Part shown: positions 1-10,228 of the stretch, one piece after another
Layout: each line of letters opens with the position of its first letter
How positions within the stretch are numbered: the stretch's first letter is position 1
NCBI GenBank assembly: GCA_963845535.1
Contig: CAWJSK010000012.1
Coordinates: 480,001-544,000 of the forward strand
DNA: 64,000 bases
Direction of reading: 5' to 3'
Origin: an uncultured Spirochaetota bacterium
Lineage (GTDB): Bacteria; Spirochaetota; Spirochaetia; SZUA-6; Fen-1364
Position numbers and translations under genes: made by a program
The notes under the pieces: generated by a model
What the model was told of the DNA's origin: nothing
The model's database searches: none
What the model saw: only the letters and a program-made list of their open reading frames with translations

Positions 1-206
1 TCGACTGCCGCGTCCTTCATTTCCGGGCGGCCGGCAATCCCGAGGTAGTTGTTGATGGCCCACATGATCACTTCCTTGCCCTGGAACCTCATGTGCGGGC
101 CCGGTGTCCCCTCGAGGACCGGCTGGGTGAAATACATGTCCTTTGCAGCGCGGAAAGCTCCGAAATATCCGGAGTCCGTGCGGCACTTGTCGAAAAGGTC
201 GGTCAT
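1..206 (-). CDS. Alpha-oxoamine synthase (PLP aminotransferase class II), N-terminal part, runs off the window; cysteate C-fatty-acyltransferase (CapB/Cfat)-like
   Basis: Hand translation from ATG 206: MTDLFDKCRTDSGYFGAFRAAKDMYFTQPVLEGTPGPHMRFQGKEVIMWAINNYLGIAGRPEMKDAAV. The M-x-F-x-GKEVI-x-W-x-x-N-N-YLG pattern is the AOS N-terminus. ATGA overlap with the cysteate synthase stop (203-206). Confidence 0.8.
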   Translation of the reverse strand, partial: MTDLFDKCRTDSGYFGAFRAAKDMYFTQPVLEGTPGPHMRFQGKEVIMWAINNYLGIAGRPEMKDAAV

Positions 207-1549
207 CCAGCAGCCTCCATCAGCTCCCGGATGCGCGGCTCAGGCTCTTTGAGCCCGAGGTCAGCAAGCTGGAAGCGAACGTCGGGTGTGAGATGCTCGA
301 TGTCACGGGAAGCCTCGAGCTTGCTCCTCCCCCCGCCGGTGATATTCAACGCCACGATGTCCTTCGGCCTGATCCTTCCCGCGGCGCGCGCCTGCAGAAG
401 CGAGGCAACCGCCACTTCGGCCGCGGGGTCGATGTCGCAGCCTTCTGCCTGGGCGAACAGGTGCCCGGCCTTCGTTGACTCATCGTTTGTCACGCGGTAC
501 ATGAATCCGCTGGTGTCACGGAGGGCATCATGGAGCCCGCCGGCAATCGTGTAGGGCGGGTTCCTGTTGGCCAGCACCTGCGCGCGGATGGCGCGGACCC
601 TCTTTCGGGCGCCCGCCTCGTCGGAGCCCGCAATTGTCCGTGAACCGGCTTCCCAGGCGTCCGCCATGGGCGTGAAAGGGGCATTCTGCGCGAGGTGCAG
701 CCGCGTCTTCCTGGCTCCGAACCGTCCGTCCTCGAGGAGGCGCTGGTTCATCTCCCATGCCGCAATTGCACCCGTCCCGCTGCCCACCGCCTGGAAGTAG
801 TGATGGGGGATCTCGCCGGCTTTCTCCACCATGCTCAGCATTGCGGTTCCCATCCCGTCCCGGCGGGCCGCGTTCTTCGCTCCACCCTCTGAATAGTAGC
901 CTTCCAGGTTGGCTATCCCGTTGCCGAGGGCAATGGCGTCGCTGTAATCCGCCTCTCCCTCGAGGACCGCCAGGCGCACGTGGGATTTCCGTCTCTCCAT
1001 GCTCCAGAGGAGGGAAAGAGAGCTGACGGGGACCACGACGAGAGCCGGCACGTCGTAGCGGGAGCACGCTTGGAGAAACGCGCGGGCCGTGTTTCCGGCT
1101 GAGGACACCACCAGGCGGGATGCCCAGTCCCTGGATACCCGACCGCACACCGCCTGGGCTTCCAGCTCCTTGAACGTGCAGGTCTCCATGAGCGCGCCCT
1201 TTTCGGGCCAGAAGCCGTTGAAAATGATGAAAAGGTTTTCCAGCCCGAGGGAAGGACCAAGCTTCGTGCTCCTGTACACGACGGGACCCGGCGCGCCCGC
1301 GAAGCTCCTCCGGATTGGCAGCCAGTCCGAGAAGCGGAAAACGCCGGTGCGCTCGGCGTGCACAACGAGTTTTTTCTGGCGATACACGGCTTTCAGGAGC
1401 GCGGGGGGATGCGGCTCGGGACAGGAGAGAAGGAACTCATCCGGGCAATCCTCGAACTGCCGGCCGCAGACCGGGCAAGCGAGGTGGTAGTGGTTTTCGG
1501 GAAACACGGCGGCCGCCCCCTTGGCATGGTCTCTCTGTCGTGCTTTCAT
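203..1549 (-). CDS. Cysteate synthase (fold type II PLP, threonine synthase-like)
   Basis: HYHLACPVCG Zn-ribbon start, GVFRFSDWLP, FNGFWPEKGALMETCTFKELEA (PLP Lys), SSAGNTARAF, EGGAKNAARRDGMGT, YFQAVGSGTG, VLANRNPPY, LNITGGG. Start ATG 1549 or GTG 1507; the longer 1759 start is unlikely. Confidence 0.88.
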   Translation of the reverse strand: MKARQRDHAKGAAAVFPENHYHLACPVCGRQFEDCPDEFLLSCPEPHPPALLKAVYRQKKLVVHAERTGVFRFSDWLPIRRSFAGAPGPVVYRSTKLGPSLGLENLFIIFNGFWPEKGALMETCTFKELEAQAVCGRVSRDWASRLVVSSAGNTARAFLQACSRYDVPALVVVPVSSLSLLWSMERRKSHVRLAVLEGEADYSDAIALGNGIANLEGYYSEGGAKNAARRDGMGTAMLSMVEKAGEIPHHYFQAVGSGTGAIAAWEMNQRLLEDGRFGARKTRLHLAQNAPFTPMADAWEAGSRTIAGSDEAGARKRVRAIRAQVLANRNPPYTIAGGLHDALRDTSGFMYRVTNDESTKAGHLFAQAEGCDIDPAAEVAVASLLQARAAGRIRPKDIVALNITGGGRSKLEASRDIEHLTPDVRFQLADLGLKEPEPRIRELMEAAG

Positions 1550-1727
1550 ACTGTCACGGCACAGACTGTTTTTCGCGCGCCCTTGTGTCAACAGGAACGG
1601 GGCGCAAGCCCTGAAAACCGGCCTCCGTGGGCTGTTTTTTCGGACGAATCGCGCTGCCGCGAGCGCGAAGAAAGGGAAAAACCGGATATTTGACCGCCGC
1701 ATCCGGTCTCTCTCCGGGGGAAAACGG

Positions 1728-2363
1728 GTGGAATACAACCGCAAGGAAACCCTCCTCAAAGTCGGCGAAAGGCTCTTTGCCCAGAACGGCTATCGGGACG
1801 TGAGCATCAAGGACATCACGAACGCGGCCGGGCTCGGCATGGGGAGCTTCTACACGTACTTCGACAGCAAAGAGGACTTCTACTCCGCCATCCTGGACGG
1901 CATCGAGCAGCGCGGCATGCGGGATATCGAGAAACGCGTCAACAGCTTCCGTTCACCGTTGTACCGGCTGAAGGCGCTCTTCCGCTACACCACCTTGAGC
2001 CTCAGGAAAAACGACATTCTTCGCGGGATTTACGGCCGGGAAAAACGCTTCATCTACCCGGGCCTCGAAGCGCGCGCCGCGGAGGGCAGCACGCTGTTCA
2101 AGCGCATCGAGACGCTGATCGAGGAGATCCTCGCGGAAGGCACCCGCAAGGGGGTCTTTCGGACAAGTCTTTTCAGGAACCCCAAGCGCATGCTCTTCGC
2201 GATCTTTACCACTCTTTCCCTGAACGCCCGTGACCAGTCCAGCGACTACCTCACGGATGATGTGATGATGCTGATCGAACGCGGCCTCAAGAGATGGCTG
2301 CGCTTCCGCAGGGCGGAGCGGCTGGATTTGCGCGCCCGGCGGGAAACACGACCGGAAGGCTGA
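1728..2363 (+). CDS. TetR/AcrR family transcriptional regulator
   Basis: LFAQNGYRDVSIKDITNAAGLGMGSFYTYFDSKEDF HTH; probable GTG start 1728 after a purine-rich run; divergent from cysteate synthase. Confidence 0.9.
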   Translation: MEYNRKETLLKVGERLFAQNGYRDVSIKDITNAAGLGMGSFYTYFDSKEDFYSAILDGIEQRGMRDIEKRVNSFRSPLYRLKALFRYTTLSLRKNDILRGIYGREKRFIYPGLEARAAEGSTLFKRIETLIEEILAEGTRKGVFRTSLFRNPKRMLFAIFTTLSLNARDQSSDYLTDDVMMLIERGLKRWLRFRRAERLDLRARRETRPEG

Positions 2364-2382
2364 TTCAAATATCCGCTGATTC

Positions 2383-3708
2383 CTATTGCAAAGCGTCCAT
2401 GTTCCGCCAGAGGCGCTGCGCTGCTTCGCGCGCCCTGGCGTAGGCGGCCGCGGCGTCCAGGCGGAAGCTGCGCCCTTCCATGACGATCTTGCCGTTCACG
2501 ATCACCGTGTGAACGTCCCGGCTTCCCATCCCGAACACGGCGTGGCCGGCCACGTTCTCCCGCACCAGGGGAGTCGGTGAATCATAGTCCAGGACCGTGA
2601 GGTCCGCCTTGTACCCTTTCTCCACCCGTCCGAAATTGTCACCGAACGACCGGTGGAGTATCTCGTTTCCATTTTGAAGGAACCGCGTGAACGCTCCCGG
2701 GGCAAGGGACCCGCCGGAGTCGCGGTGGCGGAAGTACGCGAACTTCACCTCCAGGAGCATGTCGGAGCCAATGCCGTCCGTTCCCAGCGCTACGTTCTTC
2801 ACGTGGGGAAGCTCGCCGTTGTAGCCGACGTGATTGTTCATATTGGAGCGGCAGTTGTGGGCAAGGAACGCGTCCCGGGAGTTCAGGACCTCCCTGTCCT
2901 CCTGGGTCAGGTACAGGCCGTGCGCAATGATGGACTTCTCATTGACGAGGCCGAACCCGTCCAGCCGTTTCAGGGCGTCCTTCCCGTGGAACCGGTGGGA
3001 ATAGGACGGGTCGAACCCGTCTTCCGCCACGTGGATGTGAAAACCCCTGCCCGCCTCCCGCACCACCTCGCCGAGCTTCCCCAGGGCATCATCACCGAGG
3101 GTGAACGGGGCGTGCCCGCCGATCAAGGCTTCCACGAGCCGGTCCTTCCCCTTGCCCTTCTTCTCCTCCTCCACGCTCCGGGCAAAGCTCCTGTTCTCCC
3201 GGATGCCCTGCTCCATCCCATGGGCCCCGTTCCTGTCCGTGGTCTCGTAGCAGAGCACACCGCGCAGTCCGACGTTCTCGAAGCATTCTTTCAGAGTCGA
3301 AAGAGATCCTTCTATAAAAGACGGCGACGCATGATGGTCAAAGACCGCCGTGCACCCCGCCTTCACCGCCTCCAGCGCGCAGACTGTGCCGCTGGCTTGC
3401 AGCACTTCCTTGTCGATGGCACGGTCCAGCCGCCACCAGAGGTTTGCCAGCGTGGAGACGAAATCCGGGCTTGCCGCAATACGGGCAATGATCCCGCGCG
3501 ACAGGCCTGAGTAGAAGTGATCATGGCTGCAGACCAGCCCGGGCATCAGCACCCGTCCGTCCAGGTCGATGGTCCGTTCAGCGCGCACCCCGGCGGCCAG
3601 CCCTTTCCCGACTCCTGATATCTCCGTGCCGTCTATCAGGACGTCGACGCCGCTCGTCACCTCCGCCGGGCTCAGATGCACCACCGTGGCATTCTTCAGC
3701 GCGATCAT
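2383..3708 (-). CDS. ssnA: Putative aminohydrolase SsnA (amidohydrolase superfamily)
   Basis: PGLVCSHDHFYSGLSRG, LWWRLDRAID, DHHASP, HIHVAED, RSNMNNHVG, LGTDGIG; immediately downstream of ygfK. Confidence 0.9.
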   Translation of the reverse strand: MIALKNATVVHLSPAEVTSGVDVLIDGTEISGVGKGLAAGVRAERTIDLDGRVLMPGLVCSHDHFYSGLSRGIIARIAASPDFVSTLANLWWRLDRAIDKEVLQASGTVCALEAVKAGCTAVFDHHASPSFIEGSLSTLKECFENVGLRGVLCYETTDRNGAHGMEQGIRENRSFARSVEEEKKGKGKDRLVEALIGGHAPFTLGDDALGKLGEVVREAGRGFHIHVAEDGFDPSYSHRFHGKDALKRLDGFGLVNEKSIIAHGLYLTQEDREVLNSRDAFLAHNCRSNMNNHVGYNGELPHVKNVALGTDGIGSDMLLEVKFAYFRHRDSGGSLAPGAFTRFLQNGNEILHRSFGDNFGRVEKGYKADLTVLDYDSPTPLVRENVAGHAVFGMGSRDVHTVIVNGKIVMEGRSFRLDAAAAYARAREAAQRLWRNMDALQ

Positions 3709-3718
3709 GGGTTTCTCC

Positions 3719-6700
3719 TCATGCGAACAGGTAGGGGTGGGATTTCACCACCGTCTGCATGACCGACCTCACCGACTCGTCACCGATATCAGCGGGAACG
3801 TTGCCGGCCCCATCCAGCGCGAACTCCCTCACCACTCCGCCCATGCGCAAGAGGCCGTGTGAGGCGTTGAGGAAGAAGCCCGGGTTCGTGCTCGTGCGCA
3901 GGTCCTCGGCGCTGGCAAAAATCGTGAGCTTGTCCCGGTACGGCCTGCCGTCCCAGGGACAGAACGTGGCGCAGTTGCCGCACTCGTTGCAGAAAGCATC
4001 GATATGGAGGATCTGCCACTCGTCGCGGAAACCGTTGGCCACCCGGATCATGGTGTTGGCCCGGTTGGGGCATACCTCCACGCACTTGGTGCACAGCGCG
4101 CGGCAGCCCAGGCACCTGCGGGACTCCGTGTCCCGTGTCTGCTCGTCATCCGCGGACGATGCGGTTGCCGCAATGAGCCTGTCCCGCCGTGCTCGAAGCA
4201 CCAGGGTGTCCTCCGGCGGCAGCTTCCCGTTCCTGTACTTGTTGCCGCCCTCCCTGGCGCAGATTGCATCCGCGGCCCTTCGGGCGGAGGCAATTGCCTT
4301 GACGATGGTTTCCGCCCCCTGGGCTGCGTCACCGATGATGAAGACCCCGTCAATCCTCGTCTCCTGCGTCGAAGGATCCACAACGGCATCCCCCGGGGAA
4401 ACGCCCATCCGTGACAACGTGTCCCTGTCTACGTCGACTCCGACAGCCGTGATGAGCGTGTCTGCCGCGAACGACTCGGTTTGCTTCCCCGCCACGGGGC
4501 GTGAACGACCGGACTCGTCCGGCGACCCCAGCTCCATGACCCGGCAGACCAGCTCGGTCCCCGGCCCGTTCAACCACCTCTCCGGGGCTCTCAGGAAGTG
4601 AAACAGGATCCCTTCTTCCCGGGCGGATTGGTACTCCTCAACGGAAGCAGGCATCTCTTTTTCCGTGCGTCGGTACAGGACCCGGACCTCTTTCACCCCT
4701 GCGCAGCGCTTGGCGGCCCGCGCGGCGTCCATCGCTGTGTCGCCGGCGCCCATGACGGCCACCGAGCTGCCGAGGGAGAGGCGTGAAGGGTCTTCGCGGA
4801 ACTGCCGAAGGAACGAGAGCACCGGGCGCGCCGCTGGGATTCCGATATCCTTGTCCGCCTGCGCGCCAACGCCCGCAAGAACGTAACGGTAGCCGTGAGC
4901 CCGCAGGTCAGCCACGGCCGGGATCCCCAGCTCGCCGAAGTGGAACTGGACCCCCTGGTCCCGCAGGAGGGTCACGTCTTTCTCGACTGCATCTGCCGGC
5001 ATGCGGAAGCTCGGAAGAAGGTAGCGAACCACGCCGCCCGGCTCCTCCTCCCGCTCGAAGACGTGCACCTCGAAACCTTCACGCGCAAGGAAGCAGGACA
5101 CGGCCAGGCCCGGCCCGGCGCCGATGATGGCGGCTTTCACACCGCGGCTCACGGCCCTCCGGGCCGCGGGGGTGCCGCTGCGCCGGAATGCCGTGTAGCC
5201 GCGCTCAGCCGCAATGCGCTTCATCTCGCGAATCCTCACCGCGCCTTCCCAGTCCATGCGGGTGCAGTTGCCCATGCACTGATGGTCGCACAGGTATCCC
5301 GTGATGAACGGCAGAGGGTTGCGCGCGTAGATGGCGTCGAACGCCTCTTCGAACCGGCCTTCCCCGGCAAGGTGAATGTATTCGGGAACGTCCTGGTGGA
5401 TGGGACACGTCACGAGACAGGGGGCCACGAAACAGTCGAAAAGCGGGAGCGCTCCCTCCACATGGACCTTGTCCGTCCCGCGGAAGTCCTTTCGGAAATG
5501 CTCGACCGTGCGCGCGGAATCCGCGGCGGCCATGGCCCTCTGCGGGTCAACCCGGGAGGCGCTCCACGTCTCGGCGTGCCTCTCGGTGATCTCCGCCATC
5601 TCCTTCAGGCGGGCGTACCCGCCCGGCTTCAGGAGGTCCGTGGCAAGGGTGAGAGGCCTGATGCCGGCGCCGAGCACCTCCGCGACGTTCCACGCCGAGA
5701 CGCCGCCGGAGAAAGACATGGGCAGCGCGCCGTCGAAATCAGAGGCAAGGGCTGCGGCAAGGCTCATGGTGAGCGGATAGAGGGCGCGTCCGGACATGTA
5801 CATCTCCTTGCCCGGAAGGACCCCCGTCACGTTCCCCGCTGCCAGTGTGTTGGACAGCTTGGCGCCGAAGTGCCTGCCCTTGCTGCCTCCCTGTCTCCAG
5901 GAGCCTCTTCAGCATGGGGACCGCCGCCGAGTACTGGAGGTCTTTCTCGAAGCCTTCCCGGTTCAGCGCGACGTACCCGTACCCGAGGCCGGACAGGGTC
6001 TCATGGACGCGGTCGAACCCCAGGAGAGTCGGGTTGAGCTTCACGAGCGTGTCGAGCTTCTTCTGCGTGAGCATGTACGAGCAGATGGACTCGATCTCAC
6101 CGGGCGGGCACCCGTGCATGGTGGACAGGGTGACCGACGCGCAGATCCGCGGGGAAATCCGCGACGGCAATGCCTTGAGCAACGCGGCGCGGTCCCGCCA
6201 GGGTGTGCCGGTAAGGAGGAGCGGATCAGCGGCCAGGTCCGCAAGCTCCTGAAGGTACCTCTGGAAGCTCTCCTCCCGGGAGGAGTCGATGAGCCGCCCG
6301 ATGAAACGGTCCATCTTCTCAGTCTTGATTCCCTCCAGGTCATACCCCACGCTCATGTTGAAGAGGAAAGACGGCGGCATGGTGTTGGCGCCGATCAGGG
6401 TGTCGAAGAGGTGCAGGACCACCCACGCTTTCAGGTACTCATCATACGCCTGGTCCAGGCTCAGCTCGGTTGACCATTCGACGTTGTACCCTTCGTCGGA
6501 GGCGTCGATGCAGGGCTTCTCCACGGTGAGAGAATCCAGCTTCTGGACGGTTTTCAGCTCGAAGTAACGCCCGCCGGCAAGCCACGCGGAAACGATGTTC
6601 TGCGCAAGCTGCGTGTGCGGTCCCGCGGCAGGTCCGATGGGGTTCTCCGCGCCGGAGGAGAAAATGGCCGCGCGTCGGGCCGCTTGCGGCCGCCAGAAAT

Positions 6701-6801
6701 GATCCGCCGAAATGTCGAAGATGGAGCTCTTTTGCCCGGTATTCCCCCAGGCAGCGCAGCACGAGCTGCCGAAAGGGGACTGGTCTCATGATGTCGCTCA
6801 T
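3719..6801 (-). CDS. ygfK: YgfK-type Fe-S flavoprotein oxidoreductase (putative selenate reductase subunit), with two +1 frameshifts near 6730-6737 and 5877-5879
   Basis: MSDIMRPVPF start; restored PIGPAAGPHTQLAQNIV, KPCIDASDEGYNVEWSTEL, KLNPTLLG, KLSNTL...EMYMSGRALYPL, CFVAPC..CP, C-terminal CxxCxxxCP and CNECGNC ferredoxin motifs, spread over three frames. Confidence 0.9.
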
Positions 6802-6891
6802 TGTCCCAGCATTTTAACCTGTATTCAGCGGACTGTCCATTTTTTGTTTTCCGTTGCAAGCGCGGCGGCGGGATCCGCTGTTGTAGGGATC

Positions 6892-7401
6892 ATGATACGG
6901 AACGTGGCGGCGGCAGTTGCGGTGGCTGTCCTTGCGTCATGCTCGTCCCTCGGGGAAGGGTCGGAGCAGTCAACACCCGGACCGGAGGACCACGTGATCA
7001 TCTTCGGCTCTCTGCGTGTGGACAGCTTTTTGCTCGATCAGGAGATAGAAGGCATCCTCATGGAGCGCACTGATCCTGGACGGGAGACGGAACGGATCGA
7101 GCCCACATGCAAAGGCACCGTGTTCTTCACGGAGCCTCTGCCCCTTGCTGCGCGTTGGAGAATAACCTCCGTTTTCGTTGGCGATGAGGAGATTCCCGTC
7201 CTCCTGGATTTCTCCGCGGACCGGCCCGGTCTCCTGTTCCTGGGAAGCCTCGAGATCCTCCGGGACGCGGAAGGGAAATGCCAGGTCCGCAGGCGCGCTC
7301 ATCCCTCAGAACGGGAGCTCTTGCAGGACCTCCTGGACGCGTGGCGCATGTCGGAGTGGGAAGCGGTCATCCTGGCACGGGTCCGGGAAATCCAGCCATA
7401 A
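6892..7401 (+). CDS. Hypothetical lipoprotein
   Basis: MIRNVAAAVAVAVLAS-C signal with lipobox, followed by a 150-aa soluble domain. Confidence 0.7.
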   Translation: MIRNVAAAVAVAVLASCSSLGEGSEQSTPGPEDHVIIFGSLRVDSFLLDQEIEGILMERTDPGRETERIEPTCKGTVFFTEPLPLAARWRITSVFVGDEEIPVLLDFSADRPGLLFLGSLEILRDAEGKCQVRRRAHPSERELLQDLLDAWRMSEWEAVILARVREIQP

Positions 7402-7442
7402 TCGACCATACAATCGCGACTTCATATCGTGAAAAAAGCCAC

Positions 7443-7490
7443 TTGACGAATCTTTTGGATAGCCGTATAACTGCTTTAGGGTCACCTAAA
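7443..7490 (+). promoter_or_regulatory. Sigma70 promoter plus DtxR/MntR-type operator
   Basis: TTGACG (7443-7448), 17 bp, TATAAC (7466-7471); palindrome TTTAGG-GTCA-CCTAAA (7475-7490) over the transcription start. Confidence 0.85.
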
Positions 7491-7507
7491 AGCGGTCGGA
7501 GGCTGTC

Positions 7508-8167
7508 ATGGAATCACCCATCGTCGAGGAGTACCTGGAGGCCATCTACAAGCTGCACCAGGACGGGAAAAAGCTCGGCACGACGGAGCTGGGGAAAGAG
7601 CTGTTGGTGTCCCCTGCGTCGGCCACGGACATGATGGATCGGTTGATCGACAAAGGGCTCGCGGAGAAAAGCAGGGAAAAGGGAATCGAGCTGACGCGCA
7701 AGGGGAGAAAAGCGGCTCTGGAGCTCATCCGCAAGCACCGCATCTCCGAGCGCTTCCTCGTGGACGTGCTCGGAATGGACTGGAAGGACGTCCATGAAGA
7801 AGCGTGCAAGCTGGAGCACGTGCTGTCCCCCGAGGTCGAATCGCGCATGGAGGCGCTCCTGAAAAACCCGGACACCTGCCCGCACGGCCAACCCATTCCA
7901 GACCGGCTCGGCCGCACGGCGGAGGCCCCCGCGCGGCGTCTCAGCAGCTTGAAGCGGAACGAAAGCGGCGTCATTGCCAAGATCGCGGAGGAGCGCCGTG
8001 ATCTCCTTGAGTACCTTGCCACCCTCGGGATGATGCCGCGGGTGGCCGTCCACGTGGAGCAGGTTGCGCCTTTCGACGGCCCGCTCCTTGTCCGGGTGAA
8101 CGGAGCAAGCTACGCGCTGGGACGGGAAGTTGCTGAGAAGATCTGGGTGAAGGAGTCCGCCACATGA
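7508..8167 (+). CDS. DtxR/MntR/IdeR family metal-dependent repressor with C-terminal FeoA/SH3 domain
   Basis: EEYLEAIY, RKHRISERFL, HEEACKLEH, CPHGQPIP, then LATLGMMP...APFDGPL FeoA-like domain. Confidence 0.93.
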   Translation: MESPIVEEYLEAIYKLHQDGKKLGTTELGKELLVSPASATDMMDRLIDKGLAEKSREKGIELTRKGRKAALELIRKHRISERFLVDVLGMDWKDVHEEACKLEHVLSPEVESRMEALLKNPDTCPHGQPIPDRLGRTAEAPARRLSSLKRNESGVIAKIAEERRDLLEYLATLGMMPRVAVHVEQVAPFDGPLLVRVNGASYALGREVAEKIWVKESAT

Positions 8168-10218
8168 GCCTTTCCTGTTGCGGCGCGGTCAACGAGGTCA
8201 GGGGCCACACCGATTTCGTTTTTGCCCTCGCGGGCAATCCCAACGTGGGGAAATCTTCCATCTTCAACACGCTCACGGGGACCGGCGCCGTCACGGCCAA
8301 CTACCCGGGCAAGACGGTGGAGATCAACGTCGCCTCCACCCGGCTCGGTGAGCTCCGCATCGGCCTCGTGGACCTGCCGGGAACCTACGCGCTGGGCGCG
8401 GTCTCCGAGGACCAGTGGGTGGCGCGCCAGGGAATCCTGGACGGAAACCCGGACGCGGTCATCGTAATCCTGGACGCCACGAACCTGGCGCGCAACCTCT
8501 ACATGCTCCTGCAGCTCCAGGACATGGGCTTCCCGGTGGTCGCAGCGCTCAACCTTTTCGACCAGGCCAAGAAAAAGGGGATCGTAATAGACGTGGCGGC
8601 CCTTTCGCGCATCCTCGGGATCCCGGTGATTCCCACCGTGGCCACGCATGGGGAAGGGCTTGAGGCGCTTCTGGGCGCGGCGGTGACGACGGTGCGTTCG
8701 GCCCGCAAGCTGAAATGCGACTGCGAGGCCGTCCCCGAACCGCGCGCGGCCCGGGAATACGGTGCCGACGTGGAGGCGGTGGTTCGGCGCCTTTCCACCC
8801 ACGTCTCGACTCTCCTGGACGGCGACGCGCCGCACATCAGCCCGCGGGGGCTGTCGCTTCTCCTCCTGGAAAACGACTCCCAGTTCAAGCGGCTCGTCCG
8901 CGAGGCGCAGGGCGGGCCGCGGCTCCTTTCCCTCGTGGACGAGGCGGCGGCGCGCATCCGCGACGCGCACGGAGAGGACGCGGCGCTTCGCATCATCAGG
9001 GAGAGACATGGCCTTGCCGGCGCCATCGCCGACCAGGTGCAGAAGCGGGGCGGCGACAGGGAGCTCTTCTCCCAGCGGTTGTGGCGCCTCACCACGTCCC
9101 CGCTCACGGGGCTGCCCATCCTTGCCGCGGCCCTGGGCGGCATCTTCGCCTTCCTCTTCATCGTCGGTGACTTCCTGGCGCGGATGTTCAGCACGCTCTG
9201 GGCGCTGGGTTTCTCCCCGCTCATCCAGGGTGCAATCCACGTGATTGCCGGCAACGGCGTGATCGCAAAGATCCTGATCTGGGGCCCTGACGCGGGAATC
9301 GAGGCGGCCCTGGCCGTGGGAATCCCCTACGTCCTTACGTTCTATTTCCTCCTGGCGTTCCTGGAGGACAGCGGATACCTCAATTCCGTGGCCTTCCTCA
9401 CTGACCGGATCATGCACCGCTTCGGCCTGCACGGCCGCTCCATCATCCCGCTGGTTGCGGGGGCCGGCTGCAACGTTCCTGCCATCATCGGCACGCGCGT
9501 GCTGACCACAATGCGGGAGCGGACCATCGCAAGCACGCTCATTGTGCTCATCCCGTGCAGCGCGCGCACCGCGGTCATCCTGGGAGCGCTTGCCAGCCTT
9601 GCGGGGTGGCAGTGGGGAGTCGCCGTGTTCCTCCTCATGGGGCTCCTTGTAGCGGCGGTCGGCGTTGGGCTGAACAAGATCATGCCGGGGGAATCCAGCG
9701 GCCTGGTCATGGAGATGTTTCCTTTCCGCATGCCGTCCCTGAAATCCATCACGATCAAGACATGGTTCAGGTTCAAGGACTTCATCTTCGTGGCAACCCC
9801 TATTGTCCTGGGCGGGAGCCTCCTTCTGGGCGCCCTGTACGAGACAGGGCTGATCTGGAAGCTCGCCTCCCCCCTTGCCCCCGTCATGCAGGGCTGGCTC
9901 GGCCTTCCGGCCGTGGCGGGGTTGACGCTCATCTTTGCGATCTTGAGGAAAGAGCTCGCGCTCCAGCTTCTCCTTACCCTGGCCATCGTGCGCTACGGTC
10001 CCCACACCAAGAGCCTCCTGGACTTCATGGTGCCTTCGCAGCTTTTCGTGTACGCGCTCGTCAACACCATCTACATCCCCTGTGTCGCCACGGTGGCCGT
10101 TCTCGGCAAGGAGCTGGGCTGGAAGCGGGCGGTCTTGATCATGGCGTTCACCATCGCGCTGGCGCTGACGGTGGGAGGCGGCGCGCGATGGGTCATGCAC
10201 GCGTTCGGGATCGGGTAG
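8164..10218 (+). CDS. feoB: Ferrous iron transport protein B
   Basis: GNPNVGKS, NYPGKTV, DLPGTY GTPase motifs; LEDSGY, GCNVPA, PCSAR gate motifs; C-terminal TM domain; ATGA overlap with the regulator. Confidence 0.95.
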   Translation: MSLSCCGAVNEVRGHTDFVFALAGNPNVGKSSIFNTLTGTGAVTANYPGKTVEINVASTRLGELRIGLVDLPGTYALGAVSEDQWVARQGILDGNPDAVIVILDATNLARNLYMLLQLQDMGFPVVAALNLFDQAKKKGIVIDVAALSRILGIPVIPTVATHGEGLEALLGAAVTTVRSARKLKCDCEAVPEPRAAREYGADVEAVVRRLSTHVSTLLDGDAPHISPRGLSLLLLENDSQFKRLVREAQGGPRLLSLVDEAAARIRDAHGEDAALRIIRERHGLAGAIADQVQKRGGDRELFSQRLWRLTTSPLTGLPILAAALGGIFAFLFIVGDFLARMFSTLWALGFSPLIQGAIHVIAGNGVIAKILIWGPDAGIEAALAVGIPYVLTFYFLLAFLEDSGYLNSVAFLTDRIMHRFGLHGRSIIPLVAGAGCNVPAIIGTRVLTTMRERTIASTLIVLIPCSARTAVILGALASLAGWQWGVAVFLLMGLLVAAVGVGLNKIMPGESSGLVMEMFPFRMPSLKSITIKTWFRFKDFIFVATPIVLGGSLLLGALYETGLIWKLASPLAPVMQGWLGLPAVAGLTLIFAILRKELALQLLLTLAIVRYGPHTKSLLDFMVPSQLFVYALVNTIYIPCVATVAVLGKELGWKRAVLIMAFTIALALTVGGGARWVMHAFGIG

Positions 10219-10228
10219 GAGGCGAAGC

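Noticed and set aside
1550..1759. Overlapping N-terminal extensions of cysteate synthase and TetR
   Set aside because: Homology begins near 1500 and 1728; the extensions are open intergenic frames.
3719..6801. Programmed frameshifting or selenocysteine recoding in ygfK
   Set aside because: Breaks are +1 insertions in short runs, not slippery heptamers or in-frame TGA; the same pattern occurs in unrelated genes.
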